This document shows positions 41,827 through 50,120 of a DNA stretch of 61,166 nucleotides, in pieces. The DNA comes from a virus (Duplodnaviria; Caudoviricetes). The notes beneath the pieces are model-generated. The model was not told where the DNA came from and ran no database searches. It saw only the letters and a program-made list of their open reading frames with translations. Both the position numbers and the translations under genes were made by a program. Where the stretch lies: positions 1 through 61,166 of IMG/VR virus record IMGVR_UViG_3300034161_000007; one strand, 5' to 3'. How positions within the stretch are numbered: the stretch's first letter is position 1; every line of letters begins with the position of its first letter.

Positions 41827-42560
41827 TCGGGCCTATCACCACCTGCATCGACGGCTTCGTCGAACTCAATATGTCCAACTATGGCCAGGATGAAGTTGAC
41901 GCCCTGCAAGCCTGGGCGTTTGAAGCGCTGGAGGAACTGAAGTGGAAACACCCTGAATGGGTGCGCCTGCATGAACTGGCAGATTCTAATCGCCAGATCA
42001 TCGACAAACTGCTTAGCAAGCGCGCCTGGACGCGAGAGCAGGACGTCGAGGCGACGTCGGCCGTCCATTTCATGCTTAAGCTGGGTTACACCTATACCGG
42101 CGCCGGGGAATGGATTTTGCTGAACCATGACCCTGTTATCGGTTTCGACCAGGGCAAGCCTGGCGGTGATAGGACGGTGACCGCCACGTTCGAACTGGAC
42201 GGCAAGAGCCTGAAGCTGAAAAGCCTACTGGACAGCGTGGCTGACCGACAGGTCGTCGGTATGGTGTGCGCGGCCAGTGTGGGCGGCGTTCACTGCCAGT
42301 CAATACGCGAGCCTGGCGGCCTGTTCTGCGCTCATCACAAGCGCGCCAAAAGCCGTATGTATCTGCCTTCAAGCACCGACGAGCGCAAGCGCGGTGTATG
42401 GGCTCCAGTCATTTGGATGTCTCGTGAAGAAGCCCGCAAGCTCTACCCGGCGCAGGAAGAGCCGCCATGTCAGCATGACTGGGTTAAATCATCAGTCCAT
42501 GATGCGCCGGACTACTGCGCCAAATGTGGTGAAGACAAGCCGGAGTTTGATGATGTCTGA
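41823..42560 (+). CDS. Mosaic hypothetical protein
   Basis: Coupled ORF; C-terminal CQHDW...CAKCG. Confidence 0.7.
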   Translation: MIGPITTCIDGFVELNMSNYGQDEVDALQAWAFEALEELKWKHPEWVRLHELADSNRQIIDKLLSKRAWTREQDVEATSAVHFMLKLGYTYTGAGEWILLNHDPVIGFDQGKPGGDRTVTATFELDGKSLKLKSLLDSVADRQVVGMVCAASVGGVHCQSIREPGGLFCAHHKRAKSRMYLPSSTDERKRGVWAPVIWMSREEARKLYPAQEEPPCQHDWVKSSVHDAPDYCAKCGEDKPEFDDV

Positions 42561-42762
42561 TCGCTTTCCGCGCGTGGTCGGCCGGCCCAGCGGCATCTAT
42601 TGCCTGCTGGGCCGTGCTGAGGTCGCGCTGATTTACGAACTACGCCAAGAAGGTGTTTGCTGGCAGATAATCTCAACTCAGTTCGGTTTGAGCGTTGACC
42701 GCCTGATGCGCCTGATGCAGCGCTGCCGAAATGACGGCCTGTCCTGGCTGAAGAAACCCTAA
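42550..42762 (+). CDS. Small HTH protein
   Basis: LIYELRQEGVCWQIISTQFGLSVDRL helix-turn-helix pattern; GGAG RBS. Confidence 0.6.
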   Translation: MMSDRFPRVVGRPSGIYCLLGRAEVALIYELRQEGVCWQIISTQFGLSVDRLMRLMQRCRNDGLSWLKKP

Positions 42763-42923
42763 GCTACCTGGCGCCGCCTTGACGCCACCACCAGCACCGC
42801 CAGCGCGCCCAGTATCCACCAGGGCCGACTGGCGGGCTCAACCTGCCAGTAGTTCAATCCCGCCACCTGCGTCAGCGCCACATACCCCGCCAACACCGCA
42901 TAACCTTTCAAGTATTTGTTCAT
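42759..42923 (-). CDS. Small two-TM membrane protein (54 aa)
   Basis: AAGGAG RBS; two hydrophobic segments, basic C-terminus. Confidence 0.6.
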   Translation of the reverse strand: MNKYLKGYAVLAGYVALTQVAGLNYWQVEPASRPWWILGALAVLVVASRRRQVA

Positions 42924-43120
42924 GCTCGTTCTCCTTCGATGCCGCCCCTCCCGGAAGCATCGCATGACCCAGCTGTCATTTTCCTGTAACGCTCTGTGAG
43001 CGCGTTTAAGCTGCTTTGCATCCTGTGCCGGTACATCCGCCACCCTTGAGCGCTGTTCATCGCGCCTGTGTGGCAGCGGCAAAGCCTGGCAGTGACGTTA
43101 TACCACTGCCAGGCACTGCA

Positions 43121-44101
43121 TTACTCGTCCTGCATCCAATCCGGGGCTTGGTAGGCGCCGCGCGGTAGGTCGTCATCCTTCAGCACCTTGGCCCGGTAAC
43201 TGCCCCAGCCGAAGGCGATCACCCCGCCGCCACCCTCGAACATGCGATCCATCACCCGTTCGCCCAGGTACGCGCCCAACTCGACTTCATCGAGGTTAGA
43301 CAGGATCAAGGTCGGGCGCATGTCGTTATAACGGCGGTTGATCAGGTCGGTGATGATCACCTTTTCGTAATCGGTGCCAAATTGCACGCCGACTTCATCG
43401 AGGATCAGCAAGTCAGCCTCGGCAAAGCTGCGCATCACCGTGCGCTCCGATTGGTCCTTGTCGCTGTAGGTTGATTTGATGCGCTGGATCACGTCGAACA
43501 CCGTGCAGAACAGCACCGCGGCGCCATGGTCGCGCATCACGGCATTGCCGATCGCACACGCCAAGTGGGTTTTACCCGAGCCCGGCTTGCCGCAAAACAC
43601 GAAGTTGGCGCCGCGCTCCATGGCCCGGGGGAAGTGGAGCGCAAACTTCTGCGCCCGCTGCAAGGCCTTGGCCTGCGCCGCGTTACCCTCTTCCAGTCGG
43701 TAGTTCTCGAAGCTGCGCCCGATGAAGCGCTTGGGAATCTCGGCGCCGTCGACCAGGCGGCGCATGTGCGCGGCCCGCTTGCCGATCACTGCGACGCGTT
43801 GGGCTTGGGCCTGCTCGCGGTCCTTGGCCTGTCCCGACTGGATAACGCAGGTCGGGCAGCGGTCAGCCATGCGACTTGCCAGCACCGACGGCACCGGGTT
43901 GATCCAGTCGCCGTGCGTGTCGCAGCGGCCGGTCAGTTCCACGATATCGATGCGCACCGGTTTCAGGGATGGCGTGCATTCCGGGCATTGGCCCTTGGCC
44001 TGCTCGGCGCTGATGCGCGGGACTTCATGCGACCAGGCACCATGGGTTTGGCACAAGCCGCGAACACTGACAGGGGTTAGGTCGTCCATGGATTTATTCA
44101 T
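43121..44101 (-). CDS. DnaC/IstB-like helicase loader ATPase
   Basis: GKPGSGKT, LLILDEVG, NRRY, GERVMDRM; two tandem CxxHG...CPxC modules. Confidence 0.92.
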   Translation of the reverse strand: MNKSMDDLTPVSVRGLCQTHGAWSHEVPRISAEQAKGQCPECTPSLKPVRIDIVELTGRCDTHGDWINPVPSVLASRMADRCPTCVIQSGQAKDREQAQAQRVAVIGKRAAHMRRLVDGAEIPKRFIGRSFENYRLEEGNAAQAKALQRAQKFALHFPRAMERGANFVFCGKPGSGKTHLACAIGNAVMRDHGAAVLFCTVFDVIQRIKSTYSDKDQSERTVMRSFAEADLLILDEVGVQFGTDYEKVIITDLINRRYNDMRPTLILSNLDEVELGAYLGERVMDRMFEGGGGVIAFGWGSYRAKVLKDDDLPRGAYQAPDWMQDE

Positions 44102-44858
44102 CGTCCCGGAGGAAATCAGCGAGATCGTCATTGGCGGTGCCCTCGTAGGTCTTGCCATCGAAGTCGGTAGCGAAGGCGGTCGGCTTGCCCGTGCCAGCTG
44201 TCAGCGTGTCGTTCCAGCGCTCTTGGTTCAGGTAGGTGGTGACATGCAGTTTGTCAAAACCGAACTGGTTGGCCTTCCTGCGCGCCGCCGTGTCGTTTAC
44301 CAGGATCATGGCGAAGGCCATCGGCTCGGTGGCGGTGCGTTTGCAGTAGGCGGTGAAGACTTCGTGCGCCTTCTTCTTCGAGCCATTTTTCAGGCTCGAA
44401 TCCCAGAATAGACCAAAGGCTTGTTGTGTAGTCTCTGTAGTAATCTCTGTTGTAGTCTCTGTAACATCAGGGCGTTTTGCCCCGCTCGATGAGGGCAAAT
44501 TGCCCTGATCGATGGGGGGTATATTGCCCTGATCGATCAGGGCAGAAGACAGGTGGTTGATTGCGTAGTAATTGGTCTGGTCGTGCTTGGTCTTGTTGAG
44601 CTTTTCAACGAACACCAAACCCTGCTTTACCAGAGACGACAGCGTGCGCTTGACGGTATCGACCGACCAGAACGGGAACTGCTCGGCCCATTGCTCATGC
44701 GTGTTGTATACCCAGCGCAAGCCCTTGTGCTCGATACCAGCGTCCGTCTCAATCGTCCAATACTTGATCTGCTGAAGCACAATCGCCTCGTTCAAACCGA
44801 TCTTGGACGCAAGCCCCGGATTGACCACCAGTGGCCGGAAGTTGAATAGCAGGCTCAT
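44094..44858 (-). CDS. Lambdoid replication initiator protein
   Basis: LASKIGLNEAIVLQQIKYW...WAEQFPFWS wHTH; TETTTEITTET linker; TTYLNQERWND. Confidence 0.88.
   Translation of the reverse strand: MSLLFNFRPLVVNPGLASKIGLNEAIVLQQIKYWTIETDAGIEHKGLRWVYNTHEQWAEQFPFWSVDTVKRTLSSLVKQGLVFVEKLNKTKHDQTNYYAINHLSSALIDQGNIPPIDQGNLPSSSGAKRPDVTETTTEITTETTQQAFGLFWDSSLKNGSKKKAHEVFTAYCKRTATEPMAFAMILVNDTAARRKANQFGFDKLHVTTYLNQERWNDTLTAGTGKPTAFATDFDGKTYEGTANDDLADFLRDDE
44476..44544. repeat. Putative replication-origin iterons
   Basis: TTGCCCYGMTCGAT at 44477, 44500, 44524; perfect 20-bp palindrome TGCCCTGATCGATCAGGGCA at 44525-44544, inside the initiator gene as in lambda. Confidence 0.75.
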
Positions 44859-45076
44859 GCGGCCACCGCGATCAGCCGGTACTCGGCCACCTTGGACTGG
44901 CTGCCGTCGCGGTTGGTCACGGTGATCATGGTGGAGATGATGTTATGACCCAGCGCTTTCAGGTCATTGATTCGGGCCGCCAGGCGGAAGCAACCGAACT
45001 GATCAAGCGCCAGTAATGGCGTGATGGGTTTACCGTCGCGTAACCATTTGAGAATGGATGCGCACTGTGAATTCAT
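44855..45076 (-). CDS. Winged HTH protein (HTH_39-like)
   Basis: ITPLLALDQFGCFRLAARINDLKALGHNI; AAGGA RBS. Confidence 0.8.
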   Translation of the reverse strand: MNSQCASILKWLRDGKPITPLLALDQFGCFRLAARINDLKALGHNIISTMITVTNRDGSQSKVAEYRLIAVAA

Positions 45077-45098
45077 TCCTTTCACTTTTTTATGACCC

Positions 45099-45183
45099 AA
45101 AAAAAGGCCTTTCCAAGAGCAGTCACCCGAAGGTGTTGGCGGACAGGGAGGCAACGACCCTGCACTGATCTTGGAAAGACCTG
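45099..45183 (-). promoter_or_regulatory. Structured leader / terminator-attenuator upstream of the replication genes
   Basis: Minus strand AGGTCTTTCCAAGA...TCTTGGAAAGGCCT-T run enclosing GCAGGG/CCCTGT and CACC-TTCG-GGTG hairpins. Confidence 0.6.
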
Positions 45184-45312
45184 ATACCAATAGTACCACC
45201 CGCCAAGGTGGGCGTTTACGTTTTTTTGAACGCGGCGGGAGTGTACCGCTTAAAACTCGCGTCACTCCAACCAGATATAGCAGTTATTTATCTTGACATG
45301 ACCGAACGGTGG

Positions 45313-45825
45313 CTAAATCGAACCGCCAGGCTCGCAGGAAAGGCCATAGCGGGCGATCAGCAGCGCATCGGCGACCGCTTGACCTTTGCCCTTCTGGTCT
45401 AAGATTCGACAGGATGGGTAGAGCTGGATCGCGCGGGAGCGGGCCGCGTCCTTGTCGGAACCGATCAGCCCTGCGTGTTTCTTCCAGGCTTGTGGCGTGA
45501 CCAATGTTAACGGAATCATGGCGCCAGAAATCACACCCTCAACCAGACCAGCGGCATGCCCGAAGTTGAACGCCGAGGCGGTGCCCATTGTCCGCTTCGC
45601 ACCTGGCGGACCACTCGGCATGGCGTTAACCTGTTCCAGAAACGCCCGCATACCATCGTCGCAATCTTCGCTCAGCTCTTTCAGCCAAGCCGATATTGCC
45701 GCCGCGTTGACGCGGGTTTTAGTACCGACTTTAATCGTCGGCATGATCAGCGTATCGACAATGCGACCATCAGCGCGTAGCGCCACCAGCGCACCAGTGC
45801 CGCCTGGATCAATTCCTATAATCAT
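45313..45825 (-). CDS. RuvC-like Holliday junction resolvase
   Basis: IIGIDPG, FLEQV, FNFG, PQAWKK, ADALLIA. Confidence 0.88.
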   Translation of the reverse strand: MIIGIDPGGTGALVALRADGRIVDTLIMPTIKVGTKTRVNAAAISAWLKELSEDCDDGMRAFLEQVNAMPSGPPGAKRTMGTASAFNFGHAAGLVEGVISGAMIPLTLVTPQAWKKHAGLIGSDKDAARSRAIQLYPSCRILDQKGKGQAVADALLIARYGLSCEPGGSI

Positions 45826-45834
45826 GAATCCCCC

Positions 45835-46179
45835 TTAGATCATATCCAGCGCATAGGCTGGCACTGTGTGACCCATATCGAGAAGGCTGCAAATCGCCTC
45901 GCTGAGCAGGTCGTATTGTTTGCCGTAGGCGCTTTCAAAGCGCGCTTTGTACGGGTGGACGGCGATCATGTCCGGCTGACCGTAACCGTCCTGATGATGC
46001 CCAGCGCACAGCGCCAACACATGCCAGTGCGCGTGTGGTTTGGTGCGGCCGTCCATGTGGTGAATGCTGACATGCGTGTTGCGCTGGCCGTAGACCTGCA
46101 AACACGGCTGGCAACCGATATGCGTGGCCAGCAAATCATGGAAGCGCTTTTGCTCGGCGCTTGGGTTCTTGCCCTTCAT
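45835..46179 (-). CDS. Ref-family (RecA-dependent) HNH nuclease
   Basis: GCQPC...IHHMDGRTKP.AH..VLALCAGHHQ...HPYKARFE. Confidence 0.8.
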   Translation of the reverse strand: MKGKNPSAEQKRFHDLLATHIGCQPCLQVYGQRNTHVSIHHMDGRTKPHAHWHVLALCAGHHQDGYGQPDMIAVHPYKARFESAYGKQYDLLSEAICSLLDMGHTVPAYALDMI

Positions 46180-46649
46180 GCGTACCCCAATATTTGATCG
46201 ACGGTCTTTTTCAGCTCGTCCTCGGTCATGCTCAACTTGAACACTTGTTTAAGGGCGGCATTGATCACGTCGTTGTAAATGCGCTCGGCTTCCTGCTCCG
46301 AACACTTGCCATAGCTCAGGCTCTTGGCTTCGAGCTTGATCGCCCCGGTGATGTCGTAGGTCGCCGTGTAATGCCCGGCCAAGATCGTCAGATCATGCCG
46401 GAAACGATCCAGCGACGGTTCGGCCTTCTGCCCCTTGTATTCCAGGTGGCTTTCTTCCATCTGCTCGGCGAACACGTCAAAGCAGTATTGGAACAGGCAC
46501 ATGGTTTTTTGCAGGAACTTGTAGTTGCGCGGCTGGGCAATCTCACAACTGACCACCGCGCCGTTCTTGATCTTTTGCAGACGCTCGACGGTTTCGTCAT
46601 TGTCCGGCACCAGCGTGCCGCCTGACATCTTCCTGAAGTAATACTTCAC
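46176..46649 (-). CDS. DUF1367-family protein
   Basis: GGTLVP, PRNYKF, FRHDLTILAGHY, AKSLSY. Confidence 0.8.
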   Translation of the reverse strand: MKYYFRKMSGGTLVPDNDETVERLQKIKNGAVVSCEIAQPRNYKFLQKTMCLFQYCFDVFAEQMEESHLEYKGQKAEPSLDRFRHDLTILAGHYTATYDITGAIKLEAKSLSYGKCSEQEAERIYNDVINAALKQVFKLSMTEDELKKTVDQILGYA

Positions 46650-46918
46650 TTGACCTCCATCCAGAATGCCGCGCCGATGGCGCCCTGGCCGCTGTCGTCG
46701 ATGATGTCTTGCAGCAGGGCTTTCATCACGTCAAGCGCCTGATCCCGCGTCAGCGGATACGGTGACACCCATTCACGGCTGTCGGTCATCGTCTCCTTTT
46801 CATTCTTGTACGTCATCGTTACGCCGCCCTTCCAGTTCACGGGGCGCTTTGGAGCAAAGCGCTTGCCGCGAATCCGGGGCGACTGGTAATGCAGCTTCCA
46901 GTCAACCCGGTACGTCAT
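46646..46918 (-). CDS. Hypothetical protein
   Basis: Coupled ORF. Confidence 0.65.
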   Translation of the reverse strand: MTYRVDWKLHYQSPRIRGKRFAPKRPVNWKGGVTMTYKNEKETMTDSREWVSPYPLTRDQALDVMKALLQDIIDDSGQGAIGAAFWMEVK

Positions 46919-48111
46919 CAGATTTTAGCCTTGGCGCGATACAAGTCGTTTTCCTGGTAGACGCAGTAGTCAGGACCGGAGGTCATTACGCCATCTTCGA
47001 CCATGCGCTCGATCATGCGCGCCGCTCGGTTGTAACCGACTTTGAACTTGCGCTGTACGGCACTGATGCTGGCGCGCTCGCCTTCACGGACGAAGGCCAC
47101 CGCGTCGACATACAGCGGATCAACCTCGCCTTCAGCCAATGGCACTTCTTCGGTCGGCGCGGTCTGGATATTGGCGTCGGTCAGCGGCTCGCGCTTGTAC
47201 TCGAACAGGCCGCACAAAGCCTCGATCAGCGCCACCACTTGCAGCAACTGCGTCGCGGCTTCCAGTCGCCAGATGAATGCGCCGTCGGCACCTTCACGAT
47301 TAGCCTGCTCGTCCTCGGTCAGTTCGGCCAGGAACTGGATACCGCGCAACTTGAAGTCATGCGTCAGTTTGAACGCGACGTCGTGATGGATCAGCTCCAT
47401 CAATTCCACTTCCATTTCCGCATCCAGCGCCTCGACCAGACCGGCGCGGGCGCTAGTCAGGTCAGCCATATCAAACTTGGCCTTGTCGGTTTTGAACTTG
47501 AGCAGGCAGGAGGCGCCTAGCTTGAAGCCGTCAAACGCGGTTTCGTCGCCGTCCTCGCCATCCATGCCCATGAAATTCTTCAGGCGCGTAGTCAGTCCGC
47601 CCTTGATGTTCGACACATGAATGGTTGACGTCTTCACCGAACCGACGGCCTTGATCAGCAACGACATCACGGTTTGCGCCAGCGGCTTGCTGGTGGTCGG
47701 CACAATCAGGAACTGCGCCTCTTCACTGTAGAAGCAATGCACGACGGTGGTTTTGATCATGGCGTTGGCGATCAGCTTTTCCATGGTTTGCTCGGTCAGC
47801 AAACCCACCAGGTCTTCATCCAGATCGGCGACCAGTAATTCGTGCTCGTCGGCGTAGGCCTGAATCACATCGGACACCGCGCGGTTGACGCCCGCCTTCG
47901 GCAAATGCTTTTCATCCTGGCGCACGCTGAAGGAATAACCGCCTTCAATCGGGGTGACCAGCTCGGCCGTGGTGGCGTTCGGAATAAAGCCGGCCCGCGA
48001 AATCATGACCTCGCCCACTGGGGCGAACGGAATCTCGGCCAGGTGGTTCAGCATCAGGTCGCGGGACGGCAGTTCAGCGGAGAAGATGACGGCGGATTTG
48101 ATCAGGTTCAT
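46918..48111 (-). CDS. rdgC: RdgC-family protein fused to a C-terminal FtsK-gamma domain
   Basis: RdgC-like N-part (SRAGF, RQDEKHLP); DPLYVDAVAFV...ASISAVQRKFKVGYNRAARMIE. Confidence 0.85.
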   Translation of the reverse strand: MNLIKSAVIFSAELPSRDLMLNHLAEIPFAPVGEVMISRAGFIPNATTAELVTPIEGGYSFSVRQDEKHLPKAGVNRAVSDVIQAYADEHELLVADLDEDLVGLLTEQTMEKLIANAMIKTTVVHCFYSEEAQFLIVPTTSKPLAQTVMSLLIKAVGSVKTSTIHVSNIKGGLTTRLKNFMGMDGEDGDETAFDGFKLGASCLLKFKTDKAKFDMADLTSARAGLVEALDAEMEVELMELIHHDVAFKLTHDFKLRGIQFLAELTEDEQANREGADGAFIWRLEAATQLLQVVALIEALCGLFEYKREPLTDANIQTAPTEEVPLAEGEVDPLYVDAVAFVREGERASISAVQRKFKVGYNRAARMIERMVEDGVMTSGPDYCVYQENDLYRAKAKI

Positions 48112-48169
48112 TGAAGCCTCTATTTCAGATTAAGTTAGGTTTGTAACGTGTTGATTTATAACGATTTTG

Positions 48170-48661
48170 CTAAAAAGGTATGTCGTCGTCGAACGAATCA
48201 AAATCAGGCGACGGTTGCGGCGCGGCCTGTTGCTGGCGTTGCTGTTGGTTGTTACCGGTTGGGCGTTGCTGTTGTTGCTGGCGCGACTGCTGGTTATTCG
48301 CCGGGCGTTGCTGCTGTTGCTGCTGGTTTTGCTGCTGCGGCTGACCGCCGACCAGTTTCAAGGTGCTGATACGCCCAGTCAGCTTGACGCCCAGACTGCC
48401 ATCGCCCTTGGTGAACTGCTCAATGTGCGGTTCATCGAGGGTGCAAGTCACCTCGCCACCTTTGACCAGGTACGGCGCGACCGATTCCGCATGCTTGCCC
48501 CACAACACGCCTTCAACCCATTGCGTCGGGCGCTTGCCGCTTTGCGGATCTTTCTTGCCGTAGTTGAACGCCAGCGACAGGTTGCACACAGCGGTGACGT
48601 CGCCGAGGTAACGCAACTCGGGATCGTTGCCAATACGGAAGGTGTCGAACAGTTGAGCCAT
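48170..48661 (-). CDS. ssb: Single-stranded DNA-binding protein
   Basis: RIGNDPELRY OB-fold start, Gln-rich linker, DDDIPF tail. Confidence 0.92.
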   Translation of the reverse strand: MAQLFDTFRIGNDPELRYLGDVTAVCNLSLAFNYGKKDPQSGKRPTQWVEGVLWGKHAESVAPYLVKGGEVTCTLDEPHIEQFTKGDGSLGVKLTGRISTLKLVGGQPQQQNQQQQQQRPANNQQSRQQQQQRPTGNNQQQRQQQAAPQPSPDFDSFDDDIPF

Positions 48662-48855
48662 TAGTGTGTATCTCCTGTTGTTGCGATGGTGGCTTGTACC
48701 CAAGCCTTGATTTTCGTTTCAGGCCACGCGACCCAGCGGGCGCCGAGTTTGACCCGTTTCGGGAATTCATTATCCCGTTCTTTGCGGTCAATCGTGGACT
48801 TGCTCAGCCCTGTAAGGCTGATGACTTCCGGCAGTTTCAAAAGCCGCTCGGTCAT
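48661..48855 (-). CDS. AlpA-family transcriptional regulator (in the Cro position)
   Basis: LLKLPEVISLTGLSKSTI...FPKRVKLGARWVAWPETKIKAW. Confidence 0.9.
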   Translation of the reverse strand: MTERLLKLPEVISLTGLSKSTIDRKERDNEFPKRVKLGARWVAWPETKIKAWVQATIATTGDTH

Positions 48856-48860
48856 TCTTT

Positions 48861-48947
48861 GACCCCTTGTGACGTCTTGTGGTTCGACATGATGCAATGT
48901 GGTGCTATCGTAATACCGTCAGCTCAGCGAATCAACTGGTTTGATTC
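48861..48947 (-). promoter_or_regulatory. Leftward early promoter with phased 10-bp repeats and a palindromic operator
   Basis: TTGATT-N17-TACGAT (48935-48907); five degenerate 10-mers 48861-48910; GAATCAA-N5-TTGATTC 48929-48947. Confidence 0.6.
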
Positions 48948-48972
48948 CAAAACTTATACCGAGGCTTTCCCC

Positions 48973-49548
48973 ATGACCGTCGATAAGCGTTTTTTCAAGG
49001 CTTTGATGGCACAGCAAAAACTCTCTTTGCGCGCCGTCGCCACCAAGATGGGCATGGGGCATTCGCAACTGTCCCTGACCTTTTCCGGCAAGCGGCGCAT
49101 GCAGCTGGACGAAGCCAACCAACTGGCCAAGCTGTTCGGCGTCCCCCTGGCACGGATCGCCGAGGCGGCTGGGATCGCTGGGGTGCGTGATACGCGCTTG
49201 CCGATGCTCGGTTATATGTGCGGCGATGGAAGCGTGGTGTTGCTGGAAAAGCCCGAACGCACGCCCGCGCCCGAGGGATTGCCCGAGGGGGTGATCGTCC
49301 TGCAAGCGCACACCGCCGACTCGGCCAACGCCTGGATGGATGGGTGGGCCTTCTTTTGTGTGCGCCCCACTGAAGTCGCTGGCGATGCCGTCGGGCGCTT
49401 CTGTTACGCCAAGATCGAAGGCGGCCCGGCCGTACTGGCCACGGTGCGCCGAGGCTACCAGGTCGGCACCTTCAACCTGTCCGGGCCGTACAGCGCCGAG
49501 TCGGTGGTGCTGGAGTGGGCGTCACCGGTACTGCTGTCGCGTATGTAA
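48973..49548 (+). CDS. CI-like repressor (XRE HTH plus degenerate S24-like C-domain)
   Basis: LSLRAVATKMGMGHSQLSLTFSGKRRMQLDEA; divergent from AlpA; GAGG RBS. Confidence 0.8.
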   Translation: MTVDKRFFKALMAQQKLSLRAVATKMGMGHSQLSLTFSGKRRMQLDEANQLAKLFGVPLARIAEAAGIAGVRDTRLPMLGYMCGDGSVVLLEKPERTPAPEGLPEGVIVLQAHTADSANAWMDGWAFFCVRPTEVAGDAVGRFCYAKIEGGPAVLATVRRGYQVGTFNLSGPYSAESVVLEWASPVLLSRM

Positions 49549-49640
49549 CGAAATACGCTGATCGATTGACGAAAATATCGGTTGCCAAGGCGAAATAAAT
49601 GATTGATTATTGGCTCGTCAGCGGCTCTAGGATTTTGGTA

Positions 49641-50120
49641 ATGGGCAAAAAGAAAACTATCGCCGAGCGGCTTGAAGAGCGAATAGAAAGAGTTCCGATG
49701 TCAGGTTGCTGGCTTTGGACTGGAAAGCTCTCAGATTCAGGGTATGGCCTGCTTTCAATGAGAATTCCAGGCAGGAAATGGGTAGTACCGGTCAGAGCGC
49801 ATCGACTCTCCTATGAGCAAGAGTACGGTCCCATAGAAGGCGAGGCATGCGTTCTTCACAAGTGCGACGTGCGATCTTGCATTAACCCATACCACCTCTT
49901 CCTCGGCGATAGGAAAGACAACGCCCAGGACATGATTAGTAAGGGGCGAGACGACAGCCAAAGCACTGTTAATCGAGCAAAGACACACTGCAAAAATGGC
50001 CACGAACTAACAGAAGAAAACACCGTTCCAGCTTACCGGCATAGAGGTCGTATTTGCCAAATCTGCTGGAACGAAACCCAGCGCAACCATCGAAATAAAA
50101 AGAGGCAGTCAAATGCGTGA
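49641..50120 (+). CDS. Free-standing HNH homing endonuclease
   Basis: CWLWTG, GYG, AHRLSY, VLHKCDVRSCINPYHLFLG..DN..DM; CKNGH...CQIC; visibly more AT-rich. Confidence 0.9.
   Translation: MGKKKTIAERLEERIERVPMSGCWLWTGKLSDSGYGLLSMRIPGRKWVVPVRAHRLSYEQEYGPIEGEACVLHKCDVRSCINPYHLFLGDRKDNAQDMISKGRDDSQSTVNRAKTHCKNGHELTEENTVPAYRHRGRICQICWNETQRNHRNKKRQSNA

Noticed and set aside
44425-44465. GTAGTCTCT tandem repeats as iterons
   Set aside because: Explained by the TETTTEITTET linker of the initiator protein; the adjacent palindromic repeats are better iteron candidates
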